Source of the DNA: Octopus sinensis
Taxonomy: Eukaryota
DNA: 64,000 nt
NCBI RefSeq assembly: GCF_006345805.1
Contig: NC_043002.1
Span: 64,542,001-64,606,000 of the forward strand
Direction of reading: 5' to 3'
Shown: in pieces, positions 54,794-64,000 of the stretch
How positions within the stretch are numbered: the first letter of the stretch is position 1
How the letters are laid out: each line of letters starts with the position of its first letter
The notes under the pieces: model-generated
Databases searched by the model: none
The model's input: only the letters and a program-made list of their open reading frames with translations
What the model was told of the DNA's origin: nothing
Translations under genes and position numbers: made by a program

Positions 54794-56089
54794 ATGAAAT
54801 ATATATTGTATGAAGCTTTGATTTCGATCCTTTCGGGTACGATGAAATAATACAACAATGGAGTAGTCTTCTACGTTGTCCAAATATCCCCATCCCATAA
54901 GATTTCTGCTATTCTCTCTAAATTAGATACAATAAATTTTCAGTACTAATGAGCGGCCCTACTACCACATGATTAAATCTTCAGACAAGAATATGCTGTC
55001 AAGCTAACTGTCTGAGAATCGGTGGGGAATCGAAACAGCACTCCATGCGTTGAAGCAGGGTCCATGCATTACCGATTAGTGTTGTTGTATTCAACAAACT
55101 CCTGCCGCGTATAGGAATGATCAGGCGATCGAAAAGTGCAAGGCAAATTTGCTTCACTGTCCTTGAAATAAATTTGGTTGGACAGTGTTCCTGCGTTCAG
55201 GGGCGATGGCGAAAAAGTGTGTTTAGTGGAAGTGGCTAAAGTTATTCAGGAATGTGCCTTTCCCTTCCTTCAGGATCTCATGAATCTTTGCAAATTGCAC
55301 TTAAAGGAAAATTCATGCTGTGAGTAAAATGCTCTCTTCTTTATTTCTTTAATAGGTTGATGGCTGTTTTACATGGTAAAATTGAATAAAATTACAGTAA
55401 ACATAACCATGTAAATTAGTGAGAGACAGTTAGGAGAGGTAGGTAATTGCATTAGTAAGTTTCATTAAATGGTCCTAGAGGTTACTCTAAACATGTTGCT
55501 GTATATTGGTGGGTGAGAGATAAGAAAGGACACTCTCGGGTATCTAATGGTTCTATTTTGAGCTCACCACTCTCAGTTGCCTTTCATCATGCAAGTGTTT
55601 GTAGTGGTCTACGTAGCTAAATAGTTAAATGATCTCCCTTGGAAGAATATATTATAAAGTAGCCTCCCTTTACTAAGTTTCTCGAAGCATCTGTGTCATG
55701 AGACGTGATACGTAATTATTCAAGAAGCTTAGCCTTTCTCTTGGAAGTATCTAGAATCTAGCATTCCATTAATAAAAACAGTCAGCTAACCCCTGCTCTT
55801 CGTTTCTTAGTCGATTAGACTTAAAGCCATTCACGTCCGTCCGTCTATTTCTCTACACCATATGACTGAAAACTACCGCTTATCTGTTATTTTCTATCTC
55901 TGAATTTCCTTGCATAGATTACATCATTAAACTTGATTATATATTTTGATTCTATGTATTATCATGGAAATTAGATAAAAAATATTTTTATGCAGTAAAT
56001 ATATGGGTCTTGAATTTAATCTTCATCTCGTTATGAACAACATATAACATACACGCAGCCACACCAACACCGTATACTGACTATACACA

Positions 56090-56560
56090 GAAATGCAGGA
56101 AGAAACTAGACACCTTTTAAGTTTCAAAATCTTTTATTTGATATTAATTGGTTGCAAGAGAGGTTTTCTTCTAGCTACTCGTCCTCAATACCCAAGCTTA
56201 TGCAGATATGTAATACTCGTTCTTGGACTAACTTATAGCTGTTTTGCAATGCCAGAAGCCTTCGAACGGGCATCGTTTTCCACAATTCTCTTCAAACAGC
56301 GAAGCTGCCTTTCCGAGGTTTCAGGTCGGCCGGGACAAGAATATGTTGGCTTTATTCCTTGGCTTTTGAATTGCATTATAATTCTATTAACAGAAGCAAG
56401 AGAAATTTGAAGATTTCGGCAATTTTTCGCTAGCGAAGACCAGCCTCAGATTGCCCAACAATACAACCTCTTTGAAAATCTGACAGTCCTGCTGATTTTT
56501 ATGTGCGTGGCATGGTTACTATTATTCCCACACGAATTCAAAATTGCCATTCTAATACAC
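56090..56560 (-). mobile_element. Tc1 transposase N-terminal relic
   Basis: LSDFQRGCIVGQSEAG...RKIAEIF...GRPETSERQLR...GRVARRKPLL with stops. Confidence 0.85.
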
Positions 56561-56869
56561 CTTATTTCATGCTTGTCTGGTGAATAAATACATTATCCTC
56601 GTCATCATAAACATCATCATCATTATTATTATTGCTGTTGTTGTTCTGATTAATGGTGTTATTATTTACCATTTATACTTTTGGTGTCGATAAAATAGGG
56701 ACCATTTTAACATTGAGGTCGATGTAATCAACTTAACTACTTCCCCTGAAATTGCTGGCCTTGTTCCAAAATTTGAAACCATTATTTTATTTTTTTGCAC
56801 AGCTTCTAAGGTGCTCCGACAATGATTGTTATTACTACAACCTTTTTCAGCGTCCGCGATTTATCTTTC

Positions 56870-57600
56870 TTCCTAATCGCATACCTTGTTGTCAGCTGGG
56901 CATGCTATATGCATGACCCCGCACCGCTTGCTTTCTTTCTCAATTAAGACTATGTCTGGTTTCCAATTCTCTATCTCATGGTCGTACTAAATCATAAAAT
57001 CCCATAGGATCTTTGTATTATCATTTTCGATGATGCCTTCGTGTTTATGTTCGTACCACTTTTTTGGTGTCTCTAGTCCGTACTTGTTGCATGTTGTCAT
57101 GATGTTTCCTATAGTCTTTCAGAGATAGTGGCGCACATTGGCCCGTAATATGCCATAGGTTTCACCATTTTGTCCACAAATTCTGAACTTATCACTTTCT
57201 GATGTGTTGTCTATTCAGTATTTGATGTAATTGGTTCTTAACGCTTGCTTTTGGGCAGCACGGATTAAAGCCTCCGTTTCTGGTCTTAAATCACTTTTAG
57301 TCATCCATAGCCATCTTTTTTCTCTGTCTTATCTTCAACATCCTTGCATTCACTTTATTCACCTATTTTCAGTTTCATTCATTCTCAAGTGATTGTACAG
57401 TGCTTTATCTTTGCAATCTTCCATCCTACACAAGCCTGACGTTCTTACTTCCAATAATAGCAGTTCTATGTCATCTTAGTATGTTGATTTCATTGCTCTA
57501 ATGCTGCATTCGCGTCCAATCAGGTCTCTTCCTCCTCTTTTTCCTGATGCATACAGTCGGTCTGTGTCACATCTTAGTTGGAGTATCACATATCTAGTTA
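56870..57600 (-). mobile_element. R4/Dong-like RLE retrotransposon fragment (subfamily 2)
   Basis: RLYASGKRGGRDL, WLWMTKSDLRPETEALIRAAQKQALRTNY, KWYEHKHEGIIENDNTKILWDF, KPDIV. Confidence 0.85.
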
Positions 57601-57626
57601 GCAACTTCCTTATTATTATTATTATT

Positions 57627-58910
57627 CAGTAGTTTTATTTTTATATCGTGCTTCACTTCACTACCGAGCGCAGCTCTGTGTGCCTTGGGTATGTGCTGTG
57701 ATTTGTTGTGATGCTCTGGTGGTTATTGTATGGAAAGTGTTCTGCGTAGGATGTGTGCAGTGCCTAGTAGTGCAATTTTCTGTATATTATATGTGTTTGT
57801 AAGTCCTGGTGTTTTTGTTATGTATTTATCTGAATATTTTTTCTCACGCCTAATGCACCTACTATGATAGGAATTGTTTCTGTTTTTAGATTCCACATTC
57901 TGGTTACCTCTATTTCCAGGTCTTTGTATTTTGAAAGTTTCGCCATTTCTTTTAGAGACACGTTGTCATCTGCCGGTATTGATACATCACTTAGAAAGCA
58001 TTTTTTCTTCAAGATCTCTGACAACTATATCTGGTCTGTTGACCTTAATTTCTCTATCTGTGTGCATCGGCATATCCCAGAGTATGGTTGCTTTCTCGTT
58101 TGCTGTGACCTTTTCTGGTGTGTGCCTATACCATCTTTTTTCTGTTGTTATTCCATAATGTTGGCATAGCTTCCAGTGTATGTAGGTTCCAACTCTGTCA
58201 TGTCTTTGAATATATTCCTTCTTAGCCAGGACTGGGCAGCCACAGATAATATGATTCATTGTTTCTTGTCCATCTCCACATATTCTGCAGTTGCTTGTTA
58301 TATTTCCTTTCATTACATGCTTTTGGTAATTTCTGGTGGGGAGGCTTTGGTCTTGTGCTGCAATTAAAAATCCCTCAGTCTCTACTTAGAGTCCTGAGCT
58401 TCTCAACCATTGCTAGGATTTTTCTTTGTCTATTACTTTTGCGTTTAGTTTAGTCCAGTATTTACCATGAAGGGGATTTTCTTGCCATCGTCTTATCATG
58501 GTTTGTTGCTGTTCTATTTTTAGTTTGGATTTCATTTGTTTTATAGCTTTTGTTGTTTCTTCATCTTCTTCTTGTTCTTTATATTTATTAGGTGGTATGA
58601 TTTCTTGTTTGTATTTGTCAGCTTCCTTAAATACTGAGAACAGTTTTTTGTTTTGCTCATGTTTTGCCGCTATTTGTATCAGTTTTCCTTCCTTCTGAAG
58701 TAGATATTTTTGCAGTCCTATGGTGGTTATTTTATAGTAGTTTTCCAGCTGTATAAGGCCTCTACCACCTTCTATACGTTGTATATATAGTCTTTCTATG
58801 TCAGATTTTGGGTGATGAATCTTAGATCCTGTCATTATTTTTCTTGTTTCCCTATCTATTTTGGTCAGTTCATTCAGTGTCCAGTTAAGGATATTGTAGC
58901 TGTAACTTAT
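57627..58910 (-). mobile_element. R4/Dong-like RLE retrotransposon, 5'-truncated, with intact 3' UTR and (TAA)n tail
   Basis: HHPKSDIERLYIQRIEGGRGL, PLHGKY, CRICGDGQETMNHIICGC (zinc knuckle), RHD, NRPDIVV, DVSIPADDN...KYKDL...IPIIVGALG. Tail at 57611-57626. Confidence 0.92.
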
Positions 58911-58992
58911 AAAAGCTGTAAAAAATACCGGATTATTATTATTATTATTATTATTATTGTTGTTGTTGTTGTTGTTGTTGTTATCATTATTG

Positions 58993-59292
58993 AAAGTGTT
59001 TTACGTAGGATGTGTGCAGTGCCCAGTAGTGCAATTTTCTGTATGTTATATATATTTGTATTTCCTGGTGTTTTTGTTATGTATTCATCTAAATATTTTT
59101 TTATCATACCTAATGCACCCACTATGATAGGAATTGTTTCGGTTTTTAGATTCCACATTTCAATTACCTGTAATTCCAGATCTTTGTATTTTGAAAATTT
59201 CTCCATTTCTGTTAGAGAAACGTTATCATCTGCTGGTTTTGATACATCAATCAGAGAAAACATTTTTTTCTCCATGATCTCTGACAGCTATA
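58993..59292 (-). mobile_element. R4/Dong-like RLE C-terminal fragment
   Basis: DVSKPADDNVSLTEMEKFSKYKDL...IPIIVGALG...IQKIALLGTAHILRK. Closely similar to 57740-58020. Confidence 0.9.
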
Positions 59293-59294
59293 TT

Positions 59295-59358
<64 letters not shown>

Positions 59359-59371
59359 CCATCACCAACAC

Positions 59372-59416
<45 letters not shown>

Positions 59417-59884
59417 TATTATTATTATATTTGTTACATAACACATTTAGTCGAGATATACTAAGACTCGATGATAACAATTCTTAATTTTATAGCATAG
59501 ATTATTTGGATCCTTGCAGAATACATGATCTCAGTTATTTTCTCTATAAATTTCCTTATACTTGCCATAGTGCGAATGAGTTTCAATTTCTTAGAGATCT
59601 GTTGCAGAGTTGGACCGAATGCACCACTTATTTCAGTAAATCAATCAACGCTTTCCGTCTAGTTTATTTTCATCTTTCTGGTTAAATCTTTCTCACGTCT
59701 TATTTTAAAATTTTCTCCTTTTCTTTCATATTTATTCCCCTAAAAAATACCGGATTACTGTGCTAATGATCTTAATCGATTTATTCTTTCATTTGTGGGT
59801 GTCATATCTCCTTCGCTCACTTCACTACAATAATTATTCGTTAGTGACAAAACACATAAAAGTAAATATCATTCAGTTTTCCTA

Positions 59885-60078
59885 AACTTGAAATCCTGAA
59901 TTTTTACTAATATCACAATGTTTTCCATTGGTGCAATCATGTATACATTTACACACATTTTGTGCTAGTTTACTACACTCATTTAAAATGTTGTTAATAC
60001 TTACATCCGCATTGCCACAGACTCTGCCTTTGTCGCTTGACTGGTTTCTATCATTTTTTGCACTGAACAAATTTTTTT
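59885..60078 (-). mobile_element. R4/Dong-like zinc-knuckle fragment
   Basis: SSDKGRVCGNADVSINNILNECSKLAQNVCKCIHD resembles the CRLCG..DETINHIISECSKLAQKEYK.RHD motif. Confidence 0.7.
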
Positions 60079-60115
<37 letters not shown>

Positions 60116-60143
60116 CAGCAGCAGTAGTAGTAGCAGCAGCAGC

Positions 60144-60197
<54 letters not shown>

Positions 60198-60660
60198 TGT
60201 AGTAGTAGCAGCAGCAGCAGCAGTAGCTCTAGCAGCGACAGGACAGGCGGCACAGGTGGAAACCACAGCAGCGGCACCAAAACCAAAAGTAGTAGTAGCG
60301 GTGCGGCAGTGATGGCAGCAGCTGCTGAAGTAGCAACAGCGGAGAGAATAGCAGTTGCAGCAATAGCAGCAGGAGCTGCATTAGCGACAGCATCAGTAAC
60401 TGCTGATAGAGAATGGCAGCGGCACGTTTAGTGGCAGGAGCAGTAGCAATGCGAGGCAGCCGAAATTCAGGCAGCAGCACTGCATGCCACAGTAGAGGCA
60501 GCAACAGTAGCGAAAACAGCAGCGGTGATAGTAGCCGTGGCTGCAGTAGCGCCAGTAGCAATAAGGATGGTATCAGTAATGAATGAAACAGAAGCGATGG
60601 CGTCATCAGTGGTGAAGGTTACTACGGTGGCTGCAGCAGCGGCGATAACACTGGCAGTGG
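60079..60660. repeat. (GTA)/(GCA) microsatellite decaying into cryptic simple sequence
   Basis: Directly visible. Confidence 0.9.
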
Positions 60661-60850
60661 ATGCGCAATGGCCCAGTGGTTAAGACAGCGGACTCACGGT
60701 CGTAAGAACGCAGTTTCGATTCCCAGACCGGGCATTGTGAGTGTTTATTGAGCAAAAACACCTAAGCTCCACGAACCTCCGGCGGGTTGGAGGGGGGGAC
60801 CCCGCTGTACTCTTTCACCACAACTTTCTCTCACTCTTTCTTCCTACTTC
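60661..60850 (+). mobile_element. tRNA-derived SINE, family 3
   Basis: TGGCCCAGTGG A-box and GTTTCGATTCC B-box. Homologous to 22118. Confidence 0.85.
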
Positions 60851-61137
60851 TGCCACAAAGCAGAGGAACCATGGTGCAATCCGCTATGGGGTGGTAAACT
60901 TTCAGACCCTACTCTAAATTGCGAATTCTCTTTACCCCAGGATGGTTCAGCTCTCCAGCCGTTAAAAGCCACAGATTTACGGAATGAGGATAACAACTTA
61001 GCTTTCGCGCCCTTGGCAACCACCAGTCTATCGCGTGTTGTAGGTGGATCTTCAAGTTGCCACACGCATTCTTAGTAGCTTAGAGTAGGCTCGAATTAGA
61101 GATTATTCTTTGTGGCTAATGGCGTGAGTCCTGATTG

Positions 61138-61198
61138 GAAGAAGAAGAAGAAGAAGAAGAAGAAGAAAGAAGAAGAAGAAGAAGGAAAGAGAGAGGAA

Positions 61199-61244
<46 letters not shown>

Positions 61245-61420
61245 AGAAGGAGGAGAAGAAGAAGAAGAAGAAGAAGAAGAAGAAGGAAGAAGAAGAAGAA
61301 GAAGAAGAAGAAGAAGGAAAAGAAGAAGAAGAAGAAGAAGAAGAAGAAGAAGAAGAAGAAGAAGAAGAAGAAGAAGAAGAAGGAAAAGAAGAAGAAGAAG
61401 AAGAAGAAGGAGAAGAAGAC
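61138..61420. repeat. Interrupted (GAA)n polypurine tract
   Basis: Directly visible. Confidence 0.97.
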
Positions 61421-62167
61421 AACAGCGGCAGCACCAGCAACGTTGGTAGCAACAGAAGTTGCAGAAAACATGAGATCTTTTCACATGGCAACCGAAATTC
61501 TGAACTGGAAAGCTATTCGACATGAGCGGAACTAAATGTTCTTCCAGACAACCAAGATTTCTAGTCAAATAGCTGTATGCAAATATTGGCTGTATGAAAA
61601 TTACTTAACAAATATTTGAAGTGTGTGTTAATAGCACGTTAATAAAACCTATGCCCATACACATATAAGAAAGCGGAAATATAGATCCAGAAGCATATAA
61701 GAGAGTGCACATATATACAGGCGTGTACGGACACACTAGGCCAGTGATTATACTCATGCATATCTAAGTTTGTACATACACTTGTGCTGTGAGACTGAAT
61801 ATACAATTTCCAGACAGTCGGGTAATATCTATGTGTTTGTACACATGCATAGATAGACAGATATTCGTAATCCGTTTCCTTCTGTCACTCACTAAATATC
61901 TATTTGTGCTTCTGAGTATGTATGTATGTATGCATGCATGTAGGTATGTGTGTAGGTATGTATGCATTTGTGCCTAGCTATATTCGTACATATGTTTGTT
62001 GGTGTGTACGCGTGAGTATGCATGCGTGCGTTTATCTGTATGCATATGTGTCTACTTCTATTTACACATAATTCAATATAATTATTTGAGAAATATGCAA
62101 TTAAATATGTAGTCATATACTTATATATGTGCGTGTGTGTTTGCCTGTGAGTGTGTGCGTGTTCATA

Positions 62168-62205
<38 letters not shown>

Positions 62206-63604
62206 ATCATTTATACATATATTAAGCCACCTCACTCGGGGCATTCTAGTCTAGTGAACAATACGATGCCACAAACACACGCCCATACACACACACACAA
62301 ACATGATATATGTATATATATATATATGTGTGTGTGTAATATTACATGTGTGTACATGTTGTTCATATGTGTACGTATGCTAATGAATATCGAACATACA
62401 ACAAATACATACCCGTATTTACATACATGCATACATACACACACACATATGTATGTATATATATATATGTACATATATATGCTATATATACACACGCATA
62501 CACATATATACATATATATAAACGTGCATATACATACACACACTCACACATATATATATATATGTAAGTATATGAATGTATGTATGTCTGTGCGTGTGTG
62601 TGCTTCTGTTTTAATCAAGTACTTTATATTCAGAGTTTTTAGGCGCTAACGGAAAGAATGACTAAACTATTTGCCTTGAAGATATACCGAAGGCAGATAA
62701 TTAATTAATTCAAAATTCCTTGAAATAATTGCATGAAAGATTCATATATTTTAAAATGTTCTTTTAGCTATAACGTTATCCCTTTCGCCGACCAAATTCG
62801 CAATTGACATATACTTCTTGCCTTATATTTTTTGGTATTTCTCAAAATAATTGCTAGTTTTCTCTTTTACTGCCTTGTTTCATCGAAACTTTAGTTTTTT
62901 TTTCTTTTAATTTTTACAGTTCTGCAATTCTGAGATTTTCTGACAAATTTGCTCTTTCCGGTTGAGAAATTTCAATTAAGCAACGTACATTCAATGTTAA
63001 GCTCTAGCCATAAAAATCGACAAAATACTTCTCCCTGGTGTTTGCTTCCACAATCTACTCAAAGTCCGGGTTTCGGATACACTACGAACTATCAACAATC
63101 TGAAATATAAAATATTTTTATCACTTCAGCTAAATTCATTACGTCTGCAGGAAAAGAATTCTGCGCCGAATAATATGTGAAATTACTTCCTATGTTGAGT
63201 ATTTAAAATTCATATTGAGTGCTCAGTGTTGAGGCTGCTATTGTAGTGTTATAACTAGGTATGGAAGTAGGTACTACTGCTAAGATCCTGATCAGAGAAG
63301 TTAATCAGATTCGAGAACAAAGTCCGTGGCAGCTGTAACTGTTCGGCCTGAAAGTTACAGATATATTTGATAGAGCCAGCTGGCATCGCCGTTGGCATAA
63401 TTATATACATAGGTATATAAATGTGTGTGTAAGAATGTGTGTGTCTATGAGAGTAAGTTTATGTATGTGTGTGTGTGACTATACGTTTCTATGCGTGTGC
63501 ACTTATATATATGTGTGTATGTGTCTGAGAGAGGGGCAGAGAGGGTATTTCGTATGCAAAGAAGATTTTATTCATTAATTACCACAAATAGATTATATCC
63601 AAAC

Positions 63605-64000
63605 TATTGGGTTGTCCGGAAAGTTCGTACCGATTTATAGTACTTTCACTTTCGACTTATTTTAGAATCTGATTGAGTCCATAAAATAGGATTTGACTAC
63701 AACTCCATTTAGAGCACAGTTTAAGCTATCCTTTCGAGGAAGAAGGTTTATGTTCCTATGAAATGTGTTAATTCTGTAACCCTTTAAATTGGGGGGTAAG
63801 AAAGTTCGTTGTCGGCACTTGATGCTTTGCGAACCAGACAAAAAATGCTGCAGCTCGGCTGGGATGTGTTACCCCACTCTCTATATTTATCAGATATTGC
63901 TACTTGTTTTTCCACTTATTCAGGTCTCTGCAAAATAGTCTCAATTGTAAAAATTTCAATTACTTGGATGACGTAAAAAGATACCTTGATGAATTCTTTG
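63605..64000 (+). mobile_element. Internally deleted mariner element running off the window end
   Basis: TA-TTGGGTTGTCCGGAAAGTTCG terminus. QLGWDVLPHSLY, SLQNSLNCKNFNYLDDVKRYLDEFF match the mariner C-terminus (HPPYSPDL region). Confidence 0.85.

Noticed and set aside
55201-55319. Open 119-nt AG...GTGAGT exon candidate (GDGEKVCLVEVAKVIQECAF...)
   Set aside because: Weak acceptor, no recognisable protein, and adjacent to decayed SINE remnants.
56093-56410. 105-aa plus-strand ORF
   Set aside because: It is the antisense reading of a Tc1 transposase relic.

Overview
AT-rich eukaryotic genomic DNA saturated with microsatellites ((TA)n, (TG)n, (TAGA)n, trinucleotide tracts) and decayed mobile elements. 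From memory, the SINE families match those of octopus genomes, so this is probably an Octopus intron or intergenic region (not verifiable without a search). No intact protein-coding gene, rRNA, true tRNA or CRISPR array is supported. Almost all listed ORFs are microsatellite read-throughs or transposon fragments. Recognisable elements: three tRNA-derived SINE families; mariner, Tc1 and maT (DD37D) transposase relics; one end-intact non-autonomous Helitron; CR1, RTE and Penelope retrotransposon relics; and five fragments of R4/Dong-like RLE retrotransposons next to trinucleotide tracts. The most striking unexplained structure is a set of small (TA)n-embedded Penelope-type elements, several as inverted repeats (one a perfect 120-bp-arm palindrome). 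They carry minimal hammerhead-ribozyme folds: one has a canonical core and two families have family-specific variant cores. Other leads: a 21-nt microexon candidate, a 139-bp hairpin tandem repeat with a histone-stem-loop-like motif, and two or three decayed coding-like segments of unknown origin.
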